Part shown: positions 48,054 through 57,897 of the stretch, in pieces
Layout of the letters: every line of letters begins with the position of its first letter
How positions within the stretch are numbered: the stretch's first letter is position 1
Origin: a virus
IMG/VR virus record: IMGVR_UViG_3300009161_000023
Span: 1 to 64,000 of that record
DNA length: 64,000 bases
Reading direction: 5' to 3' (one strand)
Made by a program: the position numbers and the translations under genes
The notes under the pieces: model-generated
What the model was told of the DNA's origin: nothing
What the model saw: the letters and a program-made list of their open reading frames with translations, nothing else
The model's database searches: none

Positions 48054-49042
48054 TTATTTAACTCCTTAACAGATTCTTCTATTCTTCCTATGACTTCTGT
48101 GATGTCTTCTTCCTTTAAGCCATCTACCATTTCTATTCTTGTTTCCAAGACAGTTTTTTTTCTTACTAGAGGTTGTGCTATATATGTTTTAGCAGTCATG
48201 GAAAATTCATATTTAATTACTCTTAAAGCAGCATCACCTGGTTCATAATTAAGGTTATTTGCAATAGAGTCTAGTTTAACTAAAACTTCCCAATTAACTC
48301 CTCGTACTTTTATATATGAAACAGGTGAAAATTTTAAAAAAATTTGTTCTAAAATTTGATTAATATCTTCAACATATAAAGTCCAAGCTGATAATGTGTA
48401 AGAAATATTTATTGGTATTCCTCTTGTTTGTCCAAAGACAGTATCATTTTTATATTTTTCACTTCCATAAAAACTTGGCTTACCAGATTTATCTCTTATA
48501 AAATCTACAGCTGCATGATATGTGTATCTGCTTTGATCAAATTCATATCCAGAATTATGAATTGCCATTAATGGTAATTTGATTCTATCTACAACTAAAG
48601 TATTATCTTTTCTAGTATTTTCTTGAAGTAAAAAAGCAACTGCCCTTTCTTGTGTTCCCCACATAATTGGGATTGGATGTGCTTTTCCGCTTTCATCAAG
48701 CACAACAATATTTCTAAATAAATCCATTACTGCTTCATCTGTTCCTCTTAATGATTTTGCATAGCGATAAATATTATTTCTATTTGTAGAATCTAAATCA
48801 TTTATAATTTGTCCTGTTTGCATAGGATCGCAATTATTTTCTTTTCCAAGATTTGTTTTTTGATTTTGACTATCAGAAATCCAGCTTTCTTTTCCATTTC
48901 CAACATTATTTTGGTTTAATTCATCTTGATCACAATATCCAGGTGGAGGATCAATATTATTATTTTGTCCTAATGGACTTTGACAATTAATATTATTAAG
49001 CGTGTTTTCTTTTGAGTTAATATTACTACCTGATTTATTCAC
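48050..49042 (-). CDS. Tail terminator / sheath stabilizer (T4 gp15-like)
   Basis: F.NIVV..PIPIMWG, LPLMA..G...D..R, P.NISYTLSAW...QILEQI..KF.P. Confidence 0.85.
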   Translation of the reverse strand: MNKSGSNINSKENTLNNINCQSPLGQNNNIDPPPGYCDQDELNQNNVGNGKESWISDSQNQKTNLGKENNCDPMQTGQIINDLDSTNRNNIYRYAKSLRGTDEAVMDLFRNIVVLDESGKAHPIPIMWGTQERAVAFLLQENTRKDNTLVVDRIKLPLMAIHNSGYEFDQSRYTYHAAVDFIRDKSGKPSFYGSEKYKNDTVFGQTRGIPINISYTLSAWTLYVEDINQILEQIFLKFSPVSYIKVRGVNWEVLVKLDSIANNLNYEPGDAALRVIKYEFSMTAKTYIAQPLVRKKTVLETRIEMVDGLKEEDITEVIGRIEESVKELNK

Positions 49043-49100
49043 TTTTGATTTCCTGATAAAAGTTATTATGAATTATTTATAACAGAAGAATAAATAAATC

Positions 49101-49313
49101 ATGATTAATTTTAAAGAATGGTTGCATTTAAAACAAGAATCATTTTACAATTACTTTGGCCCTGTATATGGTACTGGAGTTAACGATGGTCTTTTTTCTG
49201 CCGTAGGTGTTAGATCAAAATACATTGGGCCATCTTCTTCTTTTAAATTAATTCGAAGAAAAAGTCCTGATTGTTTATTTTTAAAAAAAAATTGTTATAA
49301 AAAAGGAGATTGA
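49101..49313 (+). CDS. Small protein with leader
   Basis: MINFKEWLHLKQE; TAAATA upstream. Confidence 0.65.
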   Translation: MINFKEWLHLKQESFYNYFGPVYGTGVNDGLFSAVGVRSKYIGPSSSFKLIRRKSPDCLFLKKNCYKKGD

Positions 49314-49314
49314 A

Positions 49315-49743
49315 ATGAAAAACAAGATTATAAAAAAATTTACTAACAAAGCTATAGAAAAAATTAATATTAAACTTGGTATTGCAAAACCTAAGCTCGT
49401 AATTAAATGGTTTGGCGATAAAAGAAAAAAAGTTACAAAAATAAATAATTTAGTTGTAAATTATAAATTTTACAAAAGCGGAAATATAGATGATATAAAA
49501 GAAAAAAAAATCAATCAAGATTTTGCTAATAGTTTTGAATTTAACGAACAAAATGTTTCTCATGAAGAAGATTTAATGGAAGGAACTTACGAAATAGAAA
49601 TTAAGTATGAAGATCCAACCGAAAGTTTTAAAGATGGAGATACTGTAGTTTGTTGTAGAGAAAGAGATATTCAAAAAATTGGTTTAATTTTTAGTATAAA
49701 AAAACTTAATAAAAATAAAATTTTAAAGTTTAAAATAGTTTAA
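49315..49743 (+). CDS. Hypothetical protein
   Basis: AGGAG RBS; 142 aa. Confidence 0.65.
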   Translation: MKNKIIKKFTNKAIEKINIKLGIAKPKLVIKWFGDKRKKVTKINNLVVNYKFYKSGNIDDIKEKKINQDFANSFEFNEQNVSHEEDLMEGTYEIEIKYEDPTESFKDGDTVVCCRERDIQKIGLIFSIKKLNKNKILKFKIV

Positions 49744-49781
49744 TTATATTAAAGTTAATAAAATTAAAAAACAGGAGAAAA

Positions 49782-50066
49782 ATGACATCATTAGGATATT
49801 TAATAGAATCTTTAAGAAAAAAAGACTCTAATAACAAGGATAAAGAAAAAAAAATCAAAGAAATTATTTTTTTTGGTAAAAACATAAGAGAAGATTTCTG
49901 GGATGATTTTATTTTATTATTGAATGATTCTGAAGGTCTTGCAGCATTGTTAAATGTTCCTGAAGATACTGTTGCAACATGGCATCATGAAATTAAGAAA
50001 AATCTTAAAAATAAAGATCTTGATGGCGAGATATATAAACAAAAAAGAAAAATGATAAAGAACTGA
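49782..50066 (+). CDS. Hypothetical protein
   Basis: AGGAG RBS; 94 aa. Confidence 0.65.
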   Translation: MTSLGYLIESLRKKDSNNKDKEKKIKEIIFFGKNIREDFWDDFILLLNDSEGLAALLNVPEDTVATWHHEIKKNLKNKDLDGEIYKQKRKMIKN

Positions 50067-50076
50067 AAGGCAAAGC

Positions 50077-50424
50077 ATGAAAAAGTTTAATGAATGGGCA
50101 AGTAATAACATTAATGAAGATTTAAAAATTACAGGATCGTCTGCTTCATTATTTAAAGTTGATCCATCTTTTAGAAATAAAACTAAAAGATTTGAAGATA
50201 TTATTGATAATGTTACCTCTGAACATGATAAAGAAAATCCTACAGATGATGAACATCAGATGGATTTAGATAGAAGAGCAAGATTAATTAGATCTATAGA
50301 CATTCTTCATTATGATAATTTACAGAAATTTATGAAAGATTGGAACTTTATTAAGACACATGCAAAAGATGAAATTGTTGATGTTGCTAAAGAAGATGAT
50401 TTAAATGTTATAAGGAATATTTAA
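50077..50424 (+). CDS. Small protein with leader
   Basis: MKKFNEWASNNINE start. Confidence 0.65.
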   Translation: MKKFNEWASNNINEDLKITGSSASLFKVDPSFRNKTKRFEDIIDNVTSEHDKENPTDDEHQMDLDRRARLIRSIDILHYDNLQKFMKDWNFIKTHAKDEIVDVAKEDDLNVIRNI

Positions 50425-50429
50425 TTTCA

Positions 50430-51548
50430 ATGGAAAAAATTCGTTCTTATTTAAATAAAGAAGAAATACAGAAGCAGATTAAAATTGCTCTTGAGAATTA
50501 CAGAAAAGGTAATTCTGTAGATAAATTAAAAACGCAGTTTGATGTTAAAGATAATCATTTAATTGAAAAAATAAATAAAGAAAATAATAATACTTTACAA
50601 AAAGATAATTTTCAAATTAGAAAAAAAAATGTCAGAAGTAATACATCTACCGATTCTTTGTCTTTTGACAAGCTTATGATTTCTTTAGATGAATTTATGA
50701 AGGGCGATAAAAACATTTACATGTCGTTTGGAGGAGTTGGAGATTTATTACTTTTACTTGGTGTTTGTTATAATGATGAAAAAGCAAATGTTATTTTTAT
50801 GGCAAATCAAGAAGCGGATTCTTTTTCAAGAAGATTTTTTGAATTTTTTAAATTGAAAAATCTTATTTCTAAAAACTTAATGGGAACTAATTATTGTAGT
50901 TTGCTTTATAAAAAGGTTACTTCTCATCCTAACTTTACAATATCTGCACATTTGGCAGATAGATGTGATTATGGTGATTGGAAGAAATCTACTGAAAAAT
51001 ACAAAAACAGATTGGTTCTTGAAACAGACTGGATTGATTATATTGGGATTAAAAAAAGAGAGAAAAAATATGCAATAATTTGTCCTTCTGGATCTCATAA
51101 AACTGATTTGAGAAGAAGGTTTTTTACTCAAGTTGAATATAAAAAAATCGTACATGGTTATTTAGATAAAGGGTATGAGGTTATTACTACTAGCAGTAAA
51201 AACGATGTTAAAACATTTGGATTATATCCTGATAAAAATTGCTATTGGCTAACTGATTCTGAAATTATAAATCATAAAGGTGTAAGTCAGGAAATTGATT
51301 TTAAAACTTTTTTACAAACTATTATTTCTTGTGATGATATTGTTTCTACTGACACTTGGATTAAAACATTTATGTCTTTGTGTGGCAAGCCATGTCATGT
51401 TATAAAAACAAGGTATAATTCTAAATATCAAGAAATTGGACTTGAATGTTGCGATTATATATTTTTAAACAAAGAATTTTGGCCTAAGTTAAAAATTCAT
51501 ACTTACGAACAATTTATCGAATATTTAAGTCAAATGCCAGAAGCTTGA
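50430..51548 (+). CDS. GT-B fold glycosyltransferase (GT9/heptosyltransferase-like), paralog 1
   Basis: GGVGDLLLL, IICPSGS, ISCDDIVSTDT resemble GT9 motifs. Confidence 0.55.
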   Translation: MEKIRSYLNKEEIQKQIKIALENYRKGNSVDKLKTQFDVKDNHLIEKINKENNNTLQKDNFQIRKKNVRSNTSTDSLSFDKLMISLDEFMKGDKNIYMSFGGVGDLLLLLGVCYNDEKANVIFMANQEADSFSRRFFEFFKLKNLISKNLMGTNYCSLLYKKVTSHPNFTISAHLADRCDYGDWKKSTEKYKNRLVLETDWIDYIGIKKREKKYAIICPSGSHKTDLRRRFFTQVEYKKIVHGYLDKGYEVITTSSKNDVKTFGLYPDKNCYWLTDSEIINHKGVSQEIDFKTFLQTIISCDDIVSTDTWIKTFMSLCGKPCHVIKTRYNSKYQEIGLECCDYIFLNKEFWPKLKIHTYEQFIEYLSQMPEA

Positions 51549-51554
51549 TTAATA

Positions 51555-52463
51555 ATGAATTCTAATCCAATAGATCCAATCTCTGATGTTTATTTTTTAA
51601 AGTTAAATGAATTTATAAATGGCGACAAGAATGTTTATTTAACACTTGGTGGCATTGGTGATCTTTTATTGCTTCTTGCTGTTTGTTATAAAAATGAAAA
51701 AGTACATATAGTTTGCATAGCAAACGATGAATCAAGTCAGTTTTCTAAAAAATTTTTAGATTACTTTAATTTAAAATATATTTTTTATAAAAATTTAAAA
51801 GGACATGAATGTATTAAAAATTTATACAATAAAATTATTGTTCATCCTAATTTTAATTTATCTGCTCATTTACCTGATAATTTTAATTGGAACGATTGGA
51901 TAAATATTGATAAGTATAAGAATAGATTAGTAATTGAAACAGACTGGCTTAATTTAATAGGAATTAAAAAAAGAGATAAAAAATATGTGGTGATTTGCCC
52001 TTCTGGATCAAAAAAGTGTGAACATAGAAAAAGACATTTAAATGTTGAAGAATATAATACCATTGTAAGAGTATACTTGGAAAAAGGTTACGAAGTAATT
52101 ACGGCAAGTAGTAAAAAAGATCTTAATATTTATAATTTTTACCAAGATAAAAATTGCTATTGGCTAACTGATTCTGAAATTATAAATCATAAAGGTGTAA
52201 GTCAGGAAATTGATTTTAACACTTTTTTACAAACTATTATTTCTTGTGATGATATTATTTCTACTGACACTTGGATTAAAACATTTATGTCTTTGTGTAA
52301 CAAACCATGTCATGTTATAAAAACTAGATTTAATTCTAAATATCAACATGTAGGAAAAGAACCAAATGATAATATATTTTTAAATAAAGAATTTTGGCCT
52401 AAATTAAAAATTCATACTTATGAACAATTTATCGAATACTTAAGTCAAATGCCAGAAGCTTGA
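51555..52463 (+). CDS. GT-B fold glycosyltransferase (GT9-like), paralog 2
   Basis: GGIGDLLLL, VICPSGS, ISCDDIISTDT; long stretches identical to paralog 1. Confidence 0.55.
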   Translation: MNSNPIDPISDVYFLKLNEFINGDKNVYLTLGGIGDLLLLLAVCYKNEKVHIVCIANDESSQFSKKFLDYFNLKYIFYKNLKGHECIKNLYNKIIVHPNFNLSAHLPDNFNWNDWINIDKYKNRLVIETDWLNLIGIKKRDKKYVVICPSGSKKCEHRKRHLNVEEYNTIVRVYLEKGYEVITASSKKDLNIYNFYQDKNCYWLTDSEIINHKGVSQEIDFNTFLQTIISCDDIISTDTWIKTFMSLCNKPCHVIKTRFNSKYQHVGKEPNDNIFLNKEFWPKLKIHTYEQFIEYLSQMPEA

Positions 52464-52810
52464 TTAATATTAATTGCACAAAGTTTCTTTGCTTGTACAA
52501 GATCTGCTAATTCTTCGTATAAATAAGATTTTACAATTTCAACAGCTTCATTTTTTGTTAATAACTCATCTGGGTTATATAGAAAATTATTATTGTCTTT
52601 ATAAAGAACAAGCATTCTATTGGTAGAATAAACAGATCCATTAAAAAGTAGGTTTTTTATACTAATAACTTCTAATTTTCCTTTTTTTGCTTTGTATTTC
52701 AACCAAGCTAAATCTCCCACATTGAATTTATGAAATATATTGGTTTTTTTAAAATAACCAGTACAAGACTTAAATATTATTTTGCCACTTCCAGTGTAAT
52801 TGTAATTCAT
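52445..52810 (-). CDS. Hypothetical late protein
   Basis: 121 aa; TAAATA upstream. Confidence 0.6.
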   Translation of the reverse strand: MNYNYTGSGKIIFKSCTGYFKKTNIFHKFNVGDLAWLKYKAKKGKLEVISIKNLLFNGSVYSTNRMLVLYKDNNNFLYNPDELLTKNEAVEIVKSYLYEELADLVQAKKLCAININQASGI

Positions 52811-52821
52811 ATATTATTTAT

Positions 52822-53631
52822 TTAATTAATTTTCTTTTTTATATCTTTTTCGTTAAATATCTTTGTGGTATTCTTTCTAACGGCCTTATATTTAATTTTT
52901 TTATTGAATTCAAATATTTCAACCACAGACCATTCATGTTTGTTTTTATCAATAATTATATCATCTTTAATTATTTTTTTATTTTCTAGTTTTGTTATTT
53001 TAACTTCTTTGTTTTTTTTATTATCTATTTCTTTAATTTTTTTATTGTTCATTCGTTTTTTATTTTTAGCAGTTAAATCTTTTTTGTTCGAATTTTTACT
53101 TACTAAATTAGCATTAGGAACACATGATTCTATTTGTTTAATCTTATTTACAATTGATTCTATTTTAGAATCAAGATTGTTTTGATAAATATTATTTGCT
53201 TCAGAAGGGTTGTGAATATCAAAACTTATGTAATTTTCATGGACTGTTGATTTTACTAAATCAGCATTAGGAACACATGATTCTATTTGTTTAATCTTAT
53301 TTACAATTGATTCTATTTTAGAATCAAGATTGTTTTGATAAATATCATTTATTTCAGAAGCATTATAAAGATCAAAATTATCAAAAATTACAACTTTTGT
53401 TCCATTGAAAGCTTCATAAGAATAAGAATTATTATCATAATAAACACTGATTATTTTCCATTCAGTGCCATTTATATCATATCCAATATCATTGGGTTTA
53501 AATTTTAGTATTGATTTAAAATGATACAATACAAGTTTAACATCTGCTTCTGCTAATACTACTAAATTTCCTTCGCCTTTGTAAAGGTTATTTTTAAAAG
53601 GCAAGTTAAGAAGGTATTGAATAATATGCAT
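52822..53631 (-). CDS. Hypothetical late protein with internal 51-aa duplication
   Basis: IYQNNLDSKIESIVNKIKQIESCVPNA present twice. Confidence 0.6.
   Translation of the reverse strand: MHIIQYLLNLPFKNNLYKGEGNLVVLAEADVKLVLYHFKSILKFKPNDIGYDINGTEWKIISVYYDNNSYSYEAFNGTKVVIFDNFDLYNASEINDIYQNNLDSKIESIVNKIKQIESCVPNADLVKSTVHENYISFDIHNPSEANNIYQNNLDSKIESIVNKIKQIESCVPNANLVSKNSNKKDLTAKNKKRMNNKKIKEIDNKKNKEVKITKLENKKIIKDDIIIDKNKHEWSVVEIFEFNKKIKYKAVRKNTTKIFNEKDIKKKIN
53110..53345. repeat. 83-bp exact direct repeat, period 153 bp
   Basis: 53110-53192 identical to 53263-53345. Confidence 0.9.
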
Positions 53632-53668
53632 GATTTATTTATTTAAAAAAACAATATTGTTGTTATTA

Positions 53669-54205
53669 TTAATTTTTTTGTCCCATTATTTTTGCGTAAA
53701 CATTTTGAGGGTTAGGATTGTTATTTATTATTCTAACTCTAACACCATAAGGGTCTAATGTAGATGTTATTATTTCTGCTTGAACAAATTCCATTAAAAT
53801 ATACGGAACTGCACTTGAGTAAAATCCTGTAGCGATAGTAGTTGCATCAATAATATTTCCTGCATCTAATACTCCATAATCAACAACTACCTTACATGGG
53901 CCTCCAGAAGAGCTTGCCATAATACCTTTTAAATAAAATGTTGTAGAAGGAGCTAGGGTGTAATAAATATCGCCACTTGAGTAAGGAGCAACAGAATTTA
54001 CTTCTCCATATTCACTTACAACTTTAGTATTATCTGTAGTTAAATTGCTTGAAAATATAGTTCCTGATACTGGTTGAATAACGCTACTATTATCAACTTT
54101 TAAAGCGTTATTAATAACAACAGCTACTAAATCAGCTTGCCCAGCACCTCCAGTGTAGCCATCCCCGAATATTGTAACGCCTAAACCAGTATTTATATCA
54201 GGCAT
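53669..54205 (-). CDS. Probable virion protein (beta-sandwich)
   Basis: LKVD.S.V.QPVSG motif, beta-rich. Confidence 0.55.
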   Translation of the reverse strand: MPDINTGLGVTIFGDGYTGGAGQADLVAVVINNALKVDNSSVIQPVSGTIFSSNLTTDNTKVVSEYGEVNSVAPYSSGDIYYTLAPSTTFYLKGIMASSSGGPCKVVVDYGVLDAGNIIDATTIATGFYSSAVPYILMEFVQAEIITSTLDPYGVRVRIINNNPNPQNVYAKIMGQKN

Positions 54206-54341
54206 ATTATTCCTACTTTTAAATATAATATTTAATATTATGTATTATATTACATTGAAAAATATGCTTAAATATATAAATTATTTTTTAACAATTAAAT
54301 TTTTTATATTGAATATAATTGATATTTTTTTATTAAAGTAG

Positions 54342-54941
54342 TTAATTATCAGCAGTTTCAAATCCTAAAATAGTTGCTTCATAATTTGCAGCAGGAGGAC
54401 TTCCATTGTAGGCTGAAATTAAAGTTCCAATTATTCTTACAACATATCCTTCTAATATATTTCCTATTGGAATATTAAAGTTTACCATGCCGTTAAGATT
54501 GGAAGCGTTTGTTCTATAAGTAAAATAAGTGTTTTCTAAAGAATAGTCTTGTATTGTTAATTTGTATCTAACTGGCAAATCACCACTTACGCTAAATCCA
54601 GTAAGGCTGAAAGTTTTTCCTGTAGTTACGGTATAAGTTAAAATGTTTGTGTTATCTAGCACAACATTAGAAACACTGTTGAAAATTGGGTAAATATTAT
54701 TTACATAAGGTATAGCTCTAGTGATAAGTGCATATTCACAGCCTTCTGGGTTTTGATCTGTTATACTAGCTAATTGTTCTAAATTTTCACCACCAATAAC
54801 AATTCTTGCCCTATGTCTTAATTCTGTAGAACCTGGACCTATAGGATAAATTATTTTAGTTTCATCCATTATGCTTCCGCCAGAACCAGGATTTAGTTCT
54901 GTGAAAGTAGAACGATTTTCTATTGTATCATTTTCACACAT
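54342..54941 (-). CDS. Probable virion protein (beta-sandwich)
   Basis: RHR.RIVIGG..., YTVTTGKTF; TAAATA upstream. Confidence 0.55.
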   Translation of the reverse strand: MCENDTIENRSTFTELNPGSGGSIMDETKIIYPIGPGSTELRHRARIVIGGENLEQLASITDQNPEGCEYALITRAIPYVNNIYPIFNSVSNVVLDNTNILTYTVTTGKTFSLTGFSVSGDLPVRYKLTIQDYSLENTYFTYRTNASNLNGMVNFNIPIGNILEGYVVRIIGTLISAYNGSPPAANYEATILGFETADN

Positions 54942-55010
54942 TTTATTTATTATATTAATAATTCTTAACTAGTAATATATATTTAAAAGAAACAATATTT
55001 TTGAGGTTTT

Positions 55011-56099
55011 ATGAAAAATAATGATTATTTAAAAAACATACAATGTAATTTACTTCCTTATACAAAAGAAAATATATTATCTTTTCAATCATCATCTCAA
55101 GCATTAGGATGGCAAATAACTAATTTTCACATACCTGAAATTTGGAAGTTTTCTCAAGGAGAAAATGTAAAAATTGCTGTCTTAGATACAGGTGTAGATT
55201 TTAATCATAGTGATTTAAAAGAAAATTTATTAGAAGGCACTAATTTTGTAGAAAAAGATCTGCCCCCACAGGATTATGCTTCACATGGAACTCATGTAGC
55301 TGGAATAATAGCAGCAAAAAATAATGATTTAGGAATTGTTGGAATAGCACCACAAGCTAAAATTTTACCAATCAAGGTATTGAATAACTATGGTGCAGGA
55401 GATATGAAGGCAGTTTTAGATGGTATCAATTATGCTGTATCTCAAAAGGCAGACATAATTTGTATGTCTTTAGGCACAAGAGATCCAGTTGAAGAGATTA
55501 GAGTTGCTATAGAAGAAGCAGCTGAAAACAACACAATTTGCTTTGTTGCTGCTGGCAATGCTGGTAATACAGAACAGTTGCTTTATCCAGCTGCTTACAC
55601 TGAGTGTATTTCAATTGGTGCAGTTGATGAAAACTGTCTTAGGGCAAGCTTTAGTTGTACTGGCCCTAATTTAGATTTTGTTGCACCTGGAGTAAAGATT
55701 TACAGTTGTGTTCCAAAAAATACATATGCGTACATGAGTGGATCTAGCATGGCATGTCCTTTTGCCGTTGGTGTTGCAGCTTTAGTTCTTTCATCTAAAA
55801 GAAAGATAGATCCTGAAGCAGTAATGAATGCTAATGATTACAGAGAAGTGTTTAAACAAAATTCAATGACTGTTAAAAATTTAGAAGAATTATTAGAAAA
55901 ACAAGGATCTTCAAGATTTTGGCAAGGAATGGGAATTATCAACCCAGAAAGTTTTTCTGAATGGGTTGACATTAAAAACATAGAAACTATCAGAGAAGAA
56001 ATTACTAATTTATGTGATTTAATTGGTATGATAAAGAATAAAAATAACTTAAATAGACTTTTAAAGGAAAAAGAAATATTATTTAATAAATTTTCTTAA
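55011..56099 (+). CDS. Subtilisin-like serine protease (S8)
   Basis: VLDTG, HGTHVAG, AAGN, GSSMACP: catalytic D/H/N/S intact. Confidence 0.95.
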   Translation: MKNNDYLKNIQCNLLPYTKENILSFQSSSQALGWQITNFHIPEIWKFSQGENVKIAVLDTGVDFNHSDLKENLLEGTNFVEKDLPPQDYASHGTHVAGIIAAKNNDLGIVGIAPQAKILPIKVLNNYGAGDMKAVLDGINYAVSQKADIICMSLGTRDPVEEIRVAIEEAAENNTICFVAAGNAGNTEQLLYPAAYTECISIGAVDENCLRASFSCTGPNLDFVAPGVKIYSCVPKNTYAYMSGSSMACPFAVGVAALVLSSKRKIDPEAVMNANDYREVFKQNSMTVKNLEELLEKQGSSRFWQGMGIINPESFSEWVDIKNIETIREEITNLCDLIGMIKNKNNLNRLLKEKEILFNKFS

Positions 56100-56551
56100 T
56101 TTAATTTTTTTATTAAACTTAATATTTTTTCTTTTTCTTCTTCAGAAGATGTTTTTAATTTTTCCTCTAAATCTTTTAATACACAATGCAATAAAACAGA
56201 TTTATGTTTTTCTTTTGGTTTTTTACCTTCGTGCAAAATAGATTTTTGATAATAATAAATTAAAGTTGATAATTCTTTTTGGAAAAAGGAATAACATAGC
56301 GGACATCCAACTCTTGCACTTTTAAACATTTCATTTAATGTTGAGTTACAAGATGAACATTTTTTTTCTGGGTTATTTTCAATTTCATCTAAAGCTGATG
56401 GAATTTCATTTTCGGTATTAAAAGAGTCCTGCATTTTAAACAAGCATTTACTACAGCAATTTTGTAATTTTCCTTCACCCTCGACAATAACATGCAATGA
56501 TATGTCTTTAATTTCTAAACATTCAGTTTTGTCAAAAAAACATTTATTCAT
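56096..56551 (-). CDS. McsA-like Zn-finger/UVR protein
   Basis: CSKC, CSSC..GCPLCY..F...L......HEGKKP. Confidence 0.75.
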   Translation of the reverse strand: MNKCFFDKTECLEIKDISLHVIVEGEGKLQNCCSKCLFKMQDSFNTENEIPSALDEIENNPEKKCSSCNSTLNEMFKSARVGCPLCYSFFQKELSTLIYYYQKSILHEGKKPKEKHKSVLLHCVLKDLEEKLKTSSEEEKEKILSLIKKLN

Positions 56552-57000
56552 TTTTTTATTTCTAAAAATACTTCTTTATCAAGATCAGTAAACCAATCTG
56601 GCTTTAATTCATAAAGATCAATTTTTAATTTTTTACTCATTTTTTCTAAATAAACTGACGCATCTTTAAGTTTTACTAGCAATTCTTTAAAATTTTTATT
56701 TTCTTTTTCAATCTCTTGTATGGTTTTATCCAATGAATTTTTACAAGTCTTGCAAATAACTTGTTTTATTATAATCTTTTTTATTTCATCGAATTCATCA
56801 TATTTTATTTTTTCCTTACCTTTGTATATCTCTGTATCATTCCAAAATTTCTTATCGTCAAAATTATTCTTAAGTTTAATGTAGTTTTCATAAACTTCTG
56901 TAAACTTTTTTTCTTCGTCTGATAGTTGAAGTGCCATATAAACTTGTGGTAGAATGAAAAAAATAAATAATACAATTAAATAGAATTTTTTAAATATCAT
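56548..57000 (-). CDS. Hypothetical protein with N-terminal TM
   Basis: Hydrophobic residues 6-21. Confidence 0.55.
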   Translation of the reverse strand: MIFKKFYLIVLFIFFILPQVYMALQLSDEEKKFTEVYENYIKLKNNFDDKKFWNDTEIYKGKEKIKYDEFDEIKKIIIKQVICKTCKNSLDKTIQEIEKENKNFKELLVKLKDASVYLEKMSKKLKIDLYELKPDWFTDLDKEVFLEIKK

Positions 57001-57824
57001 AGTTTTTTGAATTCAATAAGGGCTTTGGTTAAAATACTACACCCATCGTCTTCTATAGGAATAATACCAGAGAATACTTCTCTACGCAACCATATTGGTA
57101 AAAAATCACCTATTTCTAATAATCCAAATTCTATTTTGTCATTTAAATTTAAAAAATTAACATTTGATGGTTCTAAATAAACATTATTTATTTTATTTTC
57201 AATGAAGTTTATCGGGCTACCAACTTGTTTTCTCACTATATAAATCATCGGACTTGGTGTTAAATTGAAACTATGTACTTTTATAAGCTGATGTTGTTTA
57301 TAACCAGCATACCCAACAAACTTAATATTTAAAACATTATTTCCGCCAGCATGCACTCCTTCTACAATAACATCTTTTAATGTATATATTTTCCTAATAG
57401 ATGTTTGAAAATTAGATTTAAAAATATTAATATTTCTATTGTATTTTACTTTAAACTTGTGTTCATCGTAAGAAAAAATTATATATTGATTATTAATAAA
57501 GTTTCCACCGCTTATTGTTATTGTCTGAATTTCATTCTTTAAATTAAATCCTAAATTAAAGGTGGCTCCTTTGAAGAAGTCATCTAAAAACAAAGATAAT
57601 TTATGAATTCTTTTATTAGAAATGTTTCTTAAATATAAGCATCTATAATCAATTAATCCTTTTTTGTAAAGATCTTGACTTATATTATTAAATATGTTTT
57701 CTTCGTTTATATTAATAATACTATTACTTATTTCGCCACCAATAGATAGCAACGGATCTTGATTGTCAAAGCCCCCAGAGTAATAGTATTTTAAAATTCC
57801 TTGTAAATTTTTATATTCTTCCAT
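56997..57824 (-). CDS. Probable virion structural protein
   Basis: YYSGG.DN.DP..SIGG.IS, DYRCLYLRN, PIWLRR; TAAATA upstream. Confidence 0.55.
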   Translation of the reverse strand: MEEYKNLQGILKYYYSGGFDNQDPLLSIGGEISNSIININEENIFNNISQDLYKKGLIDYRCLYLRNISNKRIHKLSLFLDDFFKGATFNLGFNLKNEIQTITISGGNFINNQYIIFSYDEHKFKVKYNRNINIFKSNFQTSIRKIYTLKDVIVEGVHAGGNNVLNIKFVGYAGYKQHQLIKVHSFNLTPSPMIYIVRKQVGSPINFIENKINNVYLEPSNVNFLNLNDKIEFGLLEIGDFLPIWLRREVFSGIIPIEDDGCSILTKALIEFKKL

Positions 57825-57897
57825 ATTTTTATTTATTTATCAAAGTTATTATTGTTATAATAATATACATATTTTTTACTAAATACGGGAGAAAAAT

